Assembly: GCA_900553395.1 (NCBI GenBank)
Contig: USDJ01000006.1
Location: 13,863 to 77,862, forward strand
Direction of reading: 5' to 3'
DNA from: an uncultured Mycoplasmatota bacterium
Lineage (GTDB): Bacteria; Bacillota_I; Bacilli_A; RF39; UBA660
DNA: 64,000 nucleotides
A model generated the notes under the pieces. It made no database searches. It saw only the letters and a program-made list of their open reading frames with translations, and had not been told where the DNA came from. Position numbers and translations under genes: made by a program. Below, in pieces: positions 28,359 to 39,329 of the stretch. Each line of letters begins with the position of its first letter. The first letter of the stretch is position 1.

Positions 28359-29842
28359 AAATCACACTCCCTAATATTTTTGAATACCACTTTTTTATTC
28401 TGTGGTATTCCATACCATAATTTAAACGTATAAAGATGATAATCATCATATGGATTGGCATTCCATAAATATTTACCAGGTACTCTTATTATTTCAATAA
28501 CTTCAGTATTGTCTTTTAATTGATTTCTTATATAAATAGTTCTTTTTAAATCTAATTTATAGCAATACATATAAAACAAAGTAAAAAATCCAATTAATAT
28601 TGCCACAAAACAGTTGTTTAATTTTATTACCCATTTTCTATCAAATATTTTAACATTCAAACTATCAAATATAAGTAAAGAACATATTATTAGCATTATA
28701 GTAGATAAAAATGAAGTTCTACCACCAGCAAGTGGAGAAATAAGCATAGCACCATTGTTTAGAATAGCTATTAAAAAGAAAAATAATAATTTTTGTTTAT
28801 CAGCTTTAGAGTACTTAACTACTAGAATAATTAAAATCACTAAGTATGCGCACCAATACAGGAAAGTAAATATGTTATAGCAATCTAATAAGAAATTTAA
28901 ACGCCCTATTTGAAAATTAAATATCAAATAACAAGTATTTAAAACTATTGTTATAAATGGTACTATTCCCATAAAGAAATATAAAGCAAATTTTTTAAAG
29001 CCTTTCAAGTTTCTATATATCAATACTAAACTTGAAAAAGTTGAAATAAGTATTAAGAAACTGTTTTTAACAAACACATATCGTAACTGCCTAGGAAAGG
29101 TATATTTTATTTTTTCTAATAAATTCATTTTGTCAAAAGAACTCATAGAATTTAATCTATTCATAGTTCCTGGACTAAATAGCATTAAATATAATCCTAA
29201 ACAAGCTGACAAAGTACATATTACCATCAAAACATTAACTTTTTTATTTTTGATATAATAATAAACTATTATAAGTATAAAAGTTGAAATAATTCCAACT
29301 GCAACATTTTCTACAAACATACAGCTTATAAAGCTTAATATAGGAAGCACTATATACATATATTTCTTATAAGATATTGCTGTTTTTTGATCATCAAATA
29401 TTTGTCTGTTTATATATATAATAAATACTAAAAATATCATTGGAATAAAATATGTTGTATTTCCAGTTATCCATACATATACTTGGGAAAAAGTTTCTTC
29501 GTCAACAAGTAATAAACTTTCAATAATCAGTGCTGAAAGGAATGACAACTTTCGTACATTAACCATTTTGTTAATGAAATAATACAAAAATGTCATTCCA
29601 AACGCATTAATAATTATCCATATTGGCTTGTAATAATTAAATATTAAATCGAATAACCTACTAAAAAATCTTCCCTCAAACGAATTATAATTATTAACAG
29701 ATATTTTTATAATAGACTTTAATGATCCATTAAACAACAAATTATTCCAATCATCACCTGTATATGGGATTAAAATGCCAACTAAAAGGAAAAAGATAAA
29801 AACAATTCCTAAATAAATGTATTCATTATTTATTTTTTTCAT
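28355..29842 (-). CDS. Large polytopic membrane protein, putative GT-C-type glycosyltransferase
   Basis: 495 aa with more than 10 TM helices and an early PYTGDDW acidic loop. It is translationally coupled to the GtrB-like gene. Confidence 0.5.
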   Translation of the reverse strand: MKKINNEYIYLGIVFIFFLLVGILIPYTGDDWNNLLFNGSLKSIIKISVNNYNSFEGRFFSRLFDLIFNYYKPIWIIINAFGMTFLYYFINKMVNVRKLSFLSALIIESLLLVDEETFSQVYVWITGNTTYFIPMIFLVFIIYINRQIFDDQKTAISYKKYMYIVLPILSFISCMFVENVAVGIISTFILIIVYYYIKNKKVNVLMVICTLSACLGLYLMLFSPGTMNRLNSMSSFDKMNLLEKIKYTFPRQLRYVFVKNSFLILISTFSSLVLIYRNLKGFKKFALYFFMGIVPFITIVLNTCYLIFNFQIGRLNFLLDCYNIFTFLYWCAYLVILIILVVKYSKADKQKLLFFFLIAILNNGAMLISPLAGGRTSFLSTIMLIICSLLIFDSLNVKIFDRKWVIKLNNCFVAILIGFFTLFYMYCYKLDLKRTIYIRNQLKDNTEVIEIIRVPGKYLWNANPYDDYHLYTFKLWYGIPQNKKVVFKNIRECDL

Positions 29843-31296
29843 TTTGCACCCTCTTCAATAAACTCAAAAGTTACATCTTCTGGCAAACCATAATAATTTA
29901 GAAAATATTTATAAGCATAATAATTCTTAGAATATGGTTCATTTATATCTATTTGATATTTATAATATTTTTTGTTTGCTAATTTATAAATTAATTTATT
30001 TGTTTTGCCTTTTTTATAATTTTCTATTGCAATTAGCCTATCTTCTTTTAACTTACCTATTTCAGAATAGATTATTGCTTCATTACATAATAGCGCTACT
30101 AATACTACTATAAGAATATAAGATAATAATTTAATAAATTCACCTTCAAATGCATCATATAAATACAAAATAGCAAGCATAATCATACAAATAAATGTAA
30201 AATAATTAGGTCTTCCAGATATATATTCTACAGTTAAACATAAAGAATAAGAAATAGCATAAAACGACAGAAACATAATATTTAAGTTTTCTCTTTTATG
30301 TATATAATTAATGTAAAAATTACTTAGCAAAATTGTTATTGAAAGAACAAAATATAACCAATTATTATTTAATATTAGTGCTAAGAAAATCACTAGAATA
30401 TTTACTGAAATAAAGATATATTTTAAATTATTATCACTTTTAATTAAGCTCAAGAATACAGAGACTATAAATATAATTGGAATTACATTATATATATTTT
30501 TAAGATTATACATATTATAAGAAACCACTGGTAATGATAAATTAAGCTTTTCAATCAAATTTAATTTATTCCAAGCTTCATTCTGTCCAATTCTAGAAAA
30601 AGTTCCAGGTCCTAAAAATAAGAACACACCACTTATGATAATTGGAATAAATAATAACAATTTTTTTCTTTCAAACTTTTTCAAAATAACAAGATCGTAC
30701 ATAAGCATTAGAACTACAAATATTGACGTAAATACAAAAGTAGATTCATGAATTATGCTAATAATTAATACTAAAAGCATGTTAACCCACATTTTCTTAT
30801 TTAAGCCATATCTCAGATACAAGTAAATAAACAAGAATAGAAAAGTGCTTGTCCAAACATAATTAACAGATCCAGCAACCCAATATATAATCCATTTGAA
30901 ATTTACAATAAGTAAAAAGCAACAAAGCCCAAATAAGTAATTAAATAATTTATTTGAATTATTTTTATATAACCCTATAATTTTATCAATAAGGTAGAAA
31001 TTCAAAATTATTATAATTGGATTTAATATTGACCATACGTTTTTACCAAAAATTAACAGTGCTTGAACAATTGAATGTACAAAAACTCTAGAACTAACTA
31101 TTTTGTAATCACTTAGCTGCATTTTTAAAACTTGTACTAAATTTGTTATTCTAACATCAGTTCTATATAAAAACGAATATCCTAAATCATCATTTAATAT
31201 CATTGTATTTAAAGAACAATACAAGAGAATTATAAAAAACGAAGATAGAATTAATATCAAGAGTTTATTTTTTTTAATCGCTTCTAACATAATCAC
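29839..31296 (-). CDS. Large polytopic membrane protein, putative GT-C-type glycosyltransferase/polymerase
   Basis: 485 aa with more than 10 TM helices and an early NDDLGY acidic loop. It overlaps the neighbouring gene by 4 nt. Confidence 0.45.
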   Translation of the reverse strand: MIMLEAIKKNKLLILILSSFFIILLYCSLNTMILNDDLGYSFLYRTDVRITNLVQVLKMQLSDYKIVSSRVFVHSIVQALLIFGKNVWSILNPIIIILNFYLIDKIIGLYKNNSNKLFNYLFGLCCFLLIVNFKWIIYWVAGSVNYVWTSTFLFLFIYLYLRYGLNKKMWVNMLLVLIISIIHESTFVFTSIFVVLMLMYDLVILKKFERKKLLLFIPIIISGVFLFLGPGTFSRIGQNEAWNKLNLIEKLNLSLPVVSYNMYNLKNIYNVIPIIFIVSVFLSLIKSDNNLKYIFISVNILVIFLALILNNNWLYFVLSITILLSNFYINYIHKRENLNIMFLSFYAISYSLCLTVEYISGRPNYFTFICMIMLAILYLYDAFEGEFIKLLSYILIVVLVALLCNEAIIYSEIGKLKEDRLIAIENYKKGKTNKLIYKLANKKYYKYQIDINEPYSKNYYAYKYFLNYYGLPEDVTFEFIEEGAK

Positions 31297-31300
31297 ACAC

Positions 31301-33799
31301 CTAGTTCATTTTGTCTTTTTCTAATTTAAATATTATATTAGCTAATTTAGAATTGAATCTTTTTAAATAAATATTTTTTAAGGTAAACTTTTTAATATAT
31401 TTATTATTTTTATAATTTGGGAACTTCTCATTAACTTTATTAATTACGTATATAACACCTTTATCAAATTCTTCTTTATTTTTTGTTTTAGCTAATCTTT
31501 TAATAAAAGTGCCATATAAATATCTAACATAAGAATATTCTATTTCATCTAAATAGTTGGTATACTTTTTGTTGCTATTATATAACTCGGCAATACCATC
31601 AAGATTTTCAATTAATTGATATAACTTCTTATCATATACATAAGTAAGTGAACCCTCGTGTTGAATGTAATAATATAGTGTTTCATCTACTGAGCCAATT
31701 GACTTTGCTATTGGAAAAACCCTATATAGAAATTCAACATCTTCACAAAAATTTGATCCAACTTTAAATTTAATGTTTTTCAAAATAGTTTTTCGATATA
31801 TTTTGTTCCATATAACGTGATATGACGAAATTAATGCATTTCTTTTTACATATTCATAATTGTCTAAAGTAGCACTAATTCCACAGGAAACTGTTTTTTC
31901 TTTGCTTGGATATACCATCAAAGCATTACAAGCAACAATATCTAGATCATCATTCTTTGCTTTTTCATATAGTTTTCCGTACATAGTACTGTCCACATAA
32001 TCATCCGAATCAACAAATCCAATGTACTCTCCTGTTGCTAAAGATAATCCAACGTTTCGTGCGTTTGAAACTCCACCATTTGTTATATGTTTTACAATGA
32101 TATTTGAATATTTATTAGAATAATCATCTAAGATTTTTCCACTTCCGTCTTTAGAGCCATCGTCAATAGCAATTATTTGTAAACTGTCCATCTCTTGATT
32201 TACTAAACTATCTAGACATTTAGATATATACTTTTCAGAATTATAAACAGGAACAATTACACTAACCTTTATTTTTTTATTATTTTTACTTTCTTTTCCA
32301 TTATTTTTCATAACATATTTCTCCTTATCATGTCTTACAAAATGCAATAAATATCCACAGATAAAACCTAAAATAATTGTAACAACAAGTTCATCTAAAA
32401 CGTGTCCACTATAAAATGAAATTCCAATACAAACATAAATAGAAATACATAAAACAGCAATCTTAAATCTTAATCTTTTTCTATATAGCATATATATAGC
32501 TGCATATGTAGCAATTAATATATAAGGAAGAAGAAATAATATTACTCCAAATATTCCTATAGTATAATAATGAACCGTAAAATCACTTTCTATGTATATC
32601 TTTGCATTTCTATATCTGGAATATCCCATTCCAAAATACTTATCTAATGGATTGCTATTTAATTCATAGATTCTCTTAGTTATTAATTTTTCTAAATTTC
32701 TATTACCTCCCCTTTCACTATATGGTAAATCCATTGTATCTATCCAGAACTGGACATCATTTTCATATGGATATAATTCTAATATATATTCTGAAGGTAT
32801 TGAAAAATAATTAGCATAATTTTTAACAAAATTATTTTTGTCAGTATCTGATTCTAAATTTTTACGTTCAAGTAAAATATCTTCTCTTCCCTCGATATCA
32901 CTTTCTATTTTCTCATAATCGTTAAAATTTTTTCTTAATGTTAGGGGGGAGAAACTCATAACTATCACTAATATTAAAAGACTCGCAACATATATGGCTA
33001 TATTTTTTACTATAAACTTAAAATTTTCCTTTTTAAAAATAATGAAGAATAACCAAGAAATTAACATACAAAGCGCTACTAAAAGCCATCCATATGTTGA
33101 AACTCTTGTTCCTAACATAATCATTGAAATGGCAAGACAAACACTTGAAATATAGGATAATTTATCAGAAAATCTAATCGCATAATATATATTAATTGGT
33201 AATAGTAGCATAAGAACTGCACTAATTTGATTTGCCATATAGAAAAATCCTTTTGAAGCAAGATCTTCAAATTGATAACTATTATTTAAAAACCAATCAA
33301 ATATATTTCCTGATATAAATCCAGTTCCATATGATTTCAAAGAAATCTTAAATATGTTTGTAATAATAATTTCAAGTGAAAAAATAAGTGATACTATAAC
33401 AATACTCTTTTTAAAAGTATCTTCTTTTATATTTGATTTATAAGTTATATACGCAATTGTAAAAGGTAATATGAGCCTTAAGTAATAAAAGAACTCTGTA
33501 ACATATGAAAAAGTCATTGTTTCTAGAATAGCACTATCGAATTTTAAAGAATTGTATATATGAAAAGCCATATATACTAAAAGCAAAAACAAATATATTA
33601 ATATAAAAACTTTTTCTTTTTTTTCAAGCTTAACTTTCAAAATAATTAAGATTAACATAATAAAGCAAAAAGCAACTCTAATTATTGTTGAAGGTGAAAA
33701 CTTTAAGATTTTAGTTACTGATGGAGAAAAAAGCAAATAAAAATCTAAAAATGGTTGTAATATTATAAAAATTAATAATGCTCTGTCTATTTTTTTCAT
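31301..33799 (-). CDS. Fusion: O-antigen polymerase/ligase-like membrane domain plus C-terminal GT2 glycosyltransferase
   Basis: The N-terminal ~490 aa are polytopic. The C-terminal domain has VSVIVPVYNSEKYISKCLDSLVNQ, AIDDGSKDGS and VDSDDY. Confidence 0.75.
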   Translation of the reverse strand: MKKIDRALLIFIILQPFLDFYLLFSPSVTKILKFSPSTIIRVAFCFIMLILIILKVKLEKKEKVFILIYLFLLLVYMAFHIYNSLKFDSAILETMTFSYVTEFFYYLRLILPFTIAYITYKSNIKEDTFKKSIVIVSLIFSLEIIITNIFKISLKSYGTGFISGNIFDWFLNNSYQFEDLASKGFFYMANQISAVLMLLLPINIYYAIRFSDKLSYISSVCLAISMIMLGTRVSTYGWLLVALCMLISWLFFIIFKKENFKFIVKNIAIYVASLLILVIVMSFSPLTLRKNFNDYEKIESDIEGREDILLERKNLESDTDKNNFVKNYANYFSIPSEYILELYPYENDVQFWIDTMDLPYSERGGNRNLEKLITKRIYELNSNPLDKYFGMGYSRYRNAKIYIESDFTVHYYTIGIFGVILFLLPYILIATYAAIYMLYRKRLRFKIAVLCISIYVCIGISFYSGHVLDELVVTIILGFICGYLLHFVRHDKEKYVMKNNGKESKNNKKIKVSVIVPVYNSEKYISKCLDSLVNQEMDSLQIIAIDDGSKDGSGKILDDYSNKYSNIIVKHITNGGVSNARNVGLSLATGEYIGFVDSDDYVDSTMYGKLYEKAKNDDLDIVACNALMVYPSKEKTVSCGISATLDNYEYVKRNALISSYHVIWNKIYRKTILKNIKFKVGSNFCEDVEFLYRVFPIAKSIGSVDETLYYYIQHEGSLTYVYDKKLYQLIENLDGIAELYNSNKKYTNYLDEIEYSYVRYLYGTFIKRLAKTKNKEEFDKGVIYVINKVNEKFPNYKNNKYIKKFTLKNIYLKRFNSKLANIIFKLEKDKMN

Positions 33800-33811
33800 T
33801 TTTCCTTCCTT

Positions 33812-34987
33812 CTATCTAAATAAATCTTCTATTTTTTTTATTATAATCATGTTATTTTTATTATAATCATAATTCTCTAAATTTTTCTTATATTTATTTA
33901 AAACATCTAAATTATTTAATATAAATTTTAATCCTTGATAAAGGCCATCAGCACTATTTTCTACTATCTTTCCATTTTTATCATTATCGATTAATTCAAA
34001 AGTAGCTGAATTACTGGTAGCTAATACAGGTACCTTAAGTGTCATAGCTTCTACTATAACCAAACCGAAAGTTTCAAAAAATGAAGATAAAATAAATAAG
34101 TCTGAATTTATTATTTTTGAATACGGATTACTAGTCTCACCCATTAATTTAAATTTTTCATTTAATCCAAGATTATCAATTTTTAATAGCAAATTTTCTT
34201 TTTCTGGTCCATCTCCATATATTTTGAATTCAACATTTTCAATTAAATTTTCTTTTTCTAACTTTGAGACTGCCTCTAATAATCTATCATATCCTTTTAT
34301 TTTATGAAGTCTACCTACTGATATAAATCGAAGTTTATCATTTTTATCAATTTGTACTTCCTCTTTTACTTTCTCTTTAATTCTATCTATATTTACCAAA
34401 TTATTTATAACTTCACATTTGTCTTCTAAATGATAAATATTATTAAAATCGTCCATTACGCCTTTTGATACAGCAATTATTTTATTAAATTTGGATAATA
34501 TTTTTTTAAATAGCCTTTTATATTTGGCATTCGAATTCATCGACCTATAATTGTAATGAAGCCAATGAATTTTGGTTTTACAGTCACCAAATCCAACAAA
34601 AAGAGCTGTAAATCCATCTTTAAAAGCAATTTCAACGTCATAATCATCTTTTAATATTTTTTTTCTTTCACGCTTTATTCTATATTTTATTATACCAGTT
34701 TTCATGCTTAAAACTAATCTTATTTTCTTTAATATTAATGATATATTCTTAGTTTTTAAAACTTCTTTTAAGGTTAAATCTATAGTTTCAAAATAACTAG
34801 TACCATATATTAAATTAACATCATCTGGTAAATTCTCTAATCTATTTCCATTATTGTGTAAGCATAATATATCAAACTTTAAATTTTTTCTATCAATCAT
34901 GAACATCATATCTTCTAAAAGTATAGATACTCCACCCATTTTTCGCTCATCAACTACAATTAGAATTTTTTTCACAGTACTAATCAC
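33812..34987 (-). CDS. Glycosyltransferase family 4
   Basis: FETFGLVIVEAMTLKVPVLATSNSATFELIDNDKNGKIV. Confidence 0.8.
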   Translation of the reverse strand: MISTVKKILIVVDERKMGGVSILLEDMMFMIDRKNLKFDILCLHNNGNRLENLPDDVNLIYGTSYFETIDLTLKEVLKTKNISLILKKIRLVLSMKTGIIKYRIKRERKKILKDDYDVEIAFKDGFTALFVGFGDCKTKIHWLHYNYRSMNSNAKYKRLFKKILSKFNKIIAVSKGVMDDFNNIYHLEDKCEVINNLVNIDRIKEKVKEEVQIDKNDKLRFISVGRLHKIKGYDRLLEAVSKLEKENLIENVEFKIYGDGPEKENLLLKIDNLGLNEKFKLMGETSNPYSKIINSDLFILSSFFETFGLVIVEAMTLKVPVLATSNSATFELIDNDKNGKIVENSADGLYQGLKFILNNLDVLNKYKKNLENYDYNKNNMIIIKKIEDLFR

Positions 34988-35933
34988 TTCCCCTCAATAA
35001 AAGTTTTAATAATTTATATTTTTTATTATAAATCAAATCACAAATTATTTTATATTTTATAGATTGTGATTTATAATACTTATTTTTTTTCCAGTTAGGA
35101 AAGTCTTCTCTAACAATTTTGACCACTCTATCAAGATCAAGAAAAGCAGAAAATTTTAAAAATCTAAGTGATGACGCATGTAGTAAATGTTCAATATATA
35201 TCCATTCTATTTCTTCATTATACTTCTTATCACTATTAAAATATTTTTTTAAATTTTCTAGTGCAATAAAAATATGTGTCAATTTTTCGTTATATTGTGT
35301 TTGGTTCATTGTTGAACCATTTCTAACTAAATAATAATATAATTTTTCGTTAACAAATGAAATTTTTGATGCGAACAATCCCCAGGCTGGTACAACTGCA
35401 ATATCTTCATAAGCTCTAATAGTTGGAAAATAAAGTTTATTATTTTTCAAAATATCTAGTTTAACAATTTTAAAGCAAGGTCCTGATTGATTAACTATGA
35501 AATTCTTATTACAATCCGCCACAAATTCTTTTTTGATATTATTACTTAGTATATTATAACTTTCATCAACAATATTATAATTACATACAACTATATCAGA
35601 ATTGTCTAAAATAGATTTATTGTAAAGCTTTTTACATATCTCAAAATCTACATAATCATCCGAATCAACAAACATAACAAATATTCCGTTCGAATTTTTT
35701 ATACCCAAATTTCTCGCTGAAGCTTGACCAGCATTGTTTTGAGATAAGACTACAATTCTTTTATCTTTCTTTAAATATTTGTTTATTATTTGTTCAGAGT
35801 TATCCGTACTACCATCGTTAACTAAAATAATTTCTATATCTTTTAATGTTTGATTTACCAAACTATTCAAACATTTATCCAAATACTTTTCCATATTATA
35901 AACAGGTACAATTATACTTATCTTGGGTTTCAT
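34980..35933 (-). CDS. Glycosyltransferase family 2
   Basis: ISIIVPVYNMEKYLDKCLNSLVNQT, VNDGSTD and VDSDDY. Confidence 0.85.
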   Translation of the reverse strand: MKPKISIIVPVYNMEKYLDKCLNSLVNQTLKDIEIILVNDGSTDNSEQIINKYLKKDKRIVVLSQNNAGQASARNLGIKNSNGIFVMFVDSDDYVDFEICKKLYNKSILDNSDIVVCNYNIVDESYNILSNNIKKEFVADCNKNFIVNQSGPCFKIVKLDILKNNKLYFPTIRAYEDIAVVPAWGLFASKISFVNEKLYYYLVRNGSTMNQTQYNEKLTHIFIALENLKKYFNSDKKYNEEIEWIYIEHLLHASSLRFLKFSAFLDLDRVVKIVREDFPNWKKNKYYKSQSIKYKIICDLIYNKKYKLLKLLLRGSD

Positions 35934-35942
35934 TTTAACTCC

Positions 35943-38570
35943 TTATTTCAAAATGTTTTTCATAATAAATTCATATAGACGCTTAGCAGAATTACCATCT
36001 AAATGCGTATGATATTTTTTTAATTCTTCTTCATATTTTTCTTTATTATAATTATTATTTTTTAGATTTTTCAAATATTTTAGAAAATCTTTTTCATTAT
36101 AAATATGTTCACCACTTATTATCTCATCATAATTTTCGCAACTAAGATATTTCTTATAGTAATCATAATCATCTAGTGTTACTCCGATCATATTTCTTTT
36201 AAGTAAATAATCAAAATATACTGATGAATAGTCAGTTATTAACGAATCAGTTCCACTTAAAAATTCATATAAATCTACTCCTAAATCCTGCAAATCAGCA
36301 TCTAGAATTATTCTAAAATTAGATAATTTTTCATTAGTCAAACTGCTTATATCTTGTGCTGGATGAGGTTTTAAATATATATATATATTATTTTTAATCA
36401 AATATTCATCTAATTCTTTTAGTTTCTCTAAATTATCATAGATAGGTATTAATGTATCACTTATATTTATTTCTTTTATATTCTTATGTTTTCTATAAGT
36501 TGGTAACCACAATACCAATTTACAATTTTGTTGCAAATTTAATTTTTTCTTTATGTCTATATTTTTAAACAATGAGTCATTCCTTGCAAATCCAAAATCT
36601 CTAAATTTATCTACAGAATTATTAAACTTTTCAGCCAAGAATTCAAAGAAATAATTTCCAGGAAGTATAAAATAATCTGCTACACCACATTGACTTAAAT
36701 ATTCATCTACCTTTTTATAGCCTATACCGTGCAACAAATGAATTCTCGTTTGATTAATATGCTTTTTGTGAACATATTTATTACAATCTATTATTAATTT
36801 AGCACTATAGTTATAGTAGATTGTCTTTATTTTTTCGAATGGAGTTTTTGGAAATAATTTTACAAATTTAACGTTTTTTATATTGTAATCCTTAAATTTT
36901 TTAGGATTATCAACAAACCATATAAGCTTGTATTTATCATTTAACTTTTTCTTTAGAAAGTAATTATAAACTGCTAAAGAATTATCAGACATATCAGGAT
37001 TACTTTCAAATATAATATAGTTTTTTACTAATAGTTTTGGATATTTTTGATAGATTATTTTTTTTATTGACTGTCTAAAGCTCTTTTTATCATCATGAGT
37101 AAAAAATAACAAATAGATAACAAATAAATAACCTAAGGAATATATTACACAAAAGGTAAATAATAATATCCAACTAGTTATATTTATTTTTGTAAAGTAC
37201 AAAATTGCTTTAAATATTATGGTGTATATAGAAGTTGCAAAAGTAATTCTTATAATATTCTTAAAATAAGTAATAACATCTATATTAACTTTTTTGTAAT
37301 AATATATATTTATTATTATAATATTTCCTAATAAAAGTGAAGCAGAACTACCTATAGCAGCACCAATTGCGCCAAATCTTTTTGATAAAGGTATTGTTAT
37401 AATAACATTTAAAAGCGCCACAAACAAATATACTACAGACCTAAATTTATGCTTATTTTTTGCTTGACATATTGAAATTGCTGTATTTTGTGTCAAGGGT
37501 ATAGTAGATGGAATTAAAATAATCAAGGCTATATAATACGCATTAACATAATCAGCTCCACCCCATAATGTAACAAATGCTTTACCAAACAAAATAAATC
37601 CAAATAAAACTAAAAACATTACAATCATTTGAATTTTCGAAATTTTGTTAAAAAAAGTAGAAACTTCATCATCAGAATTCTTCTTCTCAACCATTGAAAC
37701 AATTTTTGGTAAACATACACCACTAATTGCTGTTGACATCTGTTCATACATTGTTCTAATCTGAGTAAATAAACCATATACTGCAACAACTGCTGTGCCG
37801 CATACTGCACCCAAAATTATTTGATCTGTATTGTTATATATACTATCAACAATCATAGCTAAAAATATGAAAAATGAATATGTAAATATCTCTTTAAAAT
37901 ATTTAAAGCAACTTTTGCTTATCTTAAATCTCATATCTAGCTTAACTATACAGTAATAAGCATTAATTAAGTTAATTGCTAAATTAAAAGCACTCATTAA
38001 AATCACTACAACAATTGCATTTGCACCATTAAATAATGCATAAATTAAACTTATAGGATATAAAATTGCTTTAACAGTAAGTAAGCCTTTTTGAAAGGCA
38101 AACTTTTCTGACGAAATAATGTAACTGCCAAACACACTGAGTGGAAATGCTATAGCAACATTAACAACCAATATCAAGATTATTATCCTAGCCGAATTCA
38201 ACTCACTTGCAGTGAACTTTTGACCGAATAACAACCCAACATTTTTATATAACAATACACCAATCAAAAGAGAAACTACGCAAATAATTAAATAGGAAAT
38301 TAAAAACAAGCCATTTATTTCATTTTCTTCCTCTTTTTTTTCTAGTGACTTATATTTGGATGTGTATCTAATCATAGAATTACCAAACCCTAAATCCAAC
38401 ATAGATAAATAAGACATTATTGATAAAGCTATTGTATATAATCCATATTCACTTTTTCCCAAGCATTTAATTAAAAATGGAGTATATATAAATGTCATAA
38501 TGGTGTTTACAAATATATACACATATGACATAATAACTCCAAGTTTTCTTTGATTTTTCAACTTCATCAC
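35943..38570 (-). CDS. Fusion: Wzx-type (MOP superfamily) polysaccharide flippase plus C-terminal CDP-glycerol glycerophosphotransferase (TagB/TagF family)
   Basis: The N-terminal ~490 aa contain about 12-14 TM helices typical of polysaccharide biosynthesis flippases. The C-terminal ~380 aa carry LVLWLPTYRKH and LITDYSSVYFDYLL (Glyphos_transf motifs). Start is GTG at 38570 or ATG at 38567. Confidence 0.75.
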   Translation of the reverse strand: MMKLKNQRKLGVIMSYVYIFVNTIMTFIYTPFLIKCLGKSEYGLYTIALSIMSYLSMLDLGFGNSMIRYTSKYKSLEKKEEENEINGLFLISYLIICVVSLLIGVLLYKNVGLLFGQKFTASELNSARIIILILVVNVAIAFPLSVFGSYIISSEKFAFQKGLLTVKAILYPISLIYALFNGANAIVVVILMSAFNLAINLINAYYCIVKLDMRFKISKSCFKYFKEIFTYSFFIFLAMIVDSIYNNTDQIILGAVCGTAVVAVYGLFTQIRTMYEQMSTAISGVCLPKIVSMVEKKNSDDEVSTFFNKISKIQMIVMFLVLFGFILFGKAFVTLWGGADYVNAYYIALIILIPSTIPLTQNTAISICQAKNKHKFRSVVYLFVALLNVIITIPLSKRFGAIGAAIGSSASLLLGNIIIINIYYYKKVNIDVITYFKNIIRITFATSIYTIIFKAILYFTKINITSWILLFTFCVIYSLGYLFVIYLLFFTHDDKKSFRQSIKKIIYQKYPKLLVKNYIIFESNPDMSDNSLAVYNYFLKKKLNDKYKLIWFVDNPKKFKDYNIKNVKFVKLFPKTPFEKIKTIYYNYSAKLIIDCNKYVHKKHINQTRIHLLHGIGYKKVDEYLSQCGVADYFILPGNYFFEFLAEKFNNSVDKFRDFGFARNDSLFKNIDIKKKLNLQQNCKLVLWLPTYRKHKNIKEINISDTLIPIYDNLEKLKELDEYLIKNNIYIYLKPHPAQDISSLTNEKLSNFRIILDADLQDLGVDLYEFLSGTDSLITDYSSVYFDYLLKRNMIGVTLDDYDYYKKYLSCENYDEIISGEHIYNEKDFLKYLKNLKNNNYNKEKYEEELKKYHTHLDGNSAKRLYEFIMKNILK

Positions 38571-38573
38571 CTA

Positions 38574-39329
38574 CTATTTATTAATTTCAAAATCATAATT
38601 TATAAATTGATCTAAGCTTAAATTCTTATCGTCTATATAGTAATCAGCATTTGGTTTTCCGAATCTAATCTCATCATATTTAACATTGTTTTTTTCCATC
38701 CAGTTTTTAGTAACATTTAAATATTTTTTTTCTATTAATTCTATATTATTGCCACAACTATTTTGTCCACGTGCTGTAAATAATATTATTCGCCATCCTT
38801 TATCATGCAACTCGTTTATTTTTTTTATAACATCAGGATTAGGAATAGAATTTTCAAAATCTCTATTAATAGTAAAATTGATTGTATCATCTATATCTAC
38901 AACAATAGTGTTATAAACTTTTGAATTTGATTTAGTGCTCTCCTTTATAATTTTTTTAGCCCTAGTAGTTGAGACATTAGGTGTTCTTTCAATAAATTTC
39001 ACTTCACAGTATTCTTCAATATTAACTATATCAGGATAACCTTTATAATCGCTACCTATTGCAAATATATCAACATTTTCTTTTTTTAGTATCTCAAATT
39101 TGTCTTCTTGCTTATCTATTGGAACAACCTCATCTACAAATCTTATTGATTTAAGCATTTCTTTTCTTTGTTCATATGAATATGCTACAATTTTTCCACT
39201 TTTAGCAACACAAGAATCTGTATTGAGTCCAACCACAAGGTAATCACCCATTTTTTTTGCTCTTTCTAAAAGTTTAATATGTCCTATATGCATAATATCG
39301 AATGTTCCAGTTGTCATTACTTTTATCAT
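38574..39329 (-). CDS. Fusion: glycerol-3-phosphate cytidylyltransferase (TagD-like) plus C-terminal HAD-type phosphatase domain
   Basis: TTGTFDIMHIGHIKLLERAKKMGDYLVVGL is the cytidylyltransferase HxGH motif. The C-terminal half has VVDIDDTI (DxDxT), LFTARG and YYIDDK. Confidence 0.8.
   Translation of the reverse strand: MIKVMTTGTFDIMHIGHIKLLERAKKMGDYLVVGLNTDSCVAKSGKIVAYSYEQRKEMLKSIRFVDEVVPIDKQEDKFEILKKENVDIFAIGSDYKGYPDIVNIEEYCEVKFIERTPNVSTTRAKKIIKESTKSNSKVYNTIVVDIDDTINFTINRDFENSIPNPDVIKKINELHDKGWRIILFTARGQNSCGNNIELIEKKYLNVTKNWMEKNNVKYDEIRFGKPNADYYIDDKNLSLDQFINYDFEINK

Noticed and set aside
37625-37810. A 61-aa minus-strand ORF lies in an alternative frame within the Wzx-TagF gene.
   Set aside because: It is fully embedded in a gene with clear homology. 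Its Gln/Leu-rich translation has no RBS, so it is a chance open frame.
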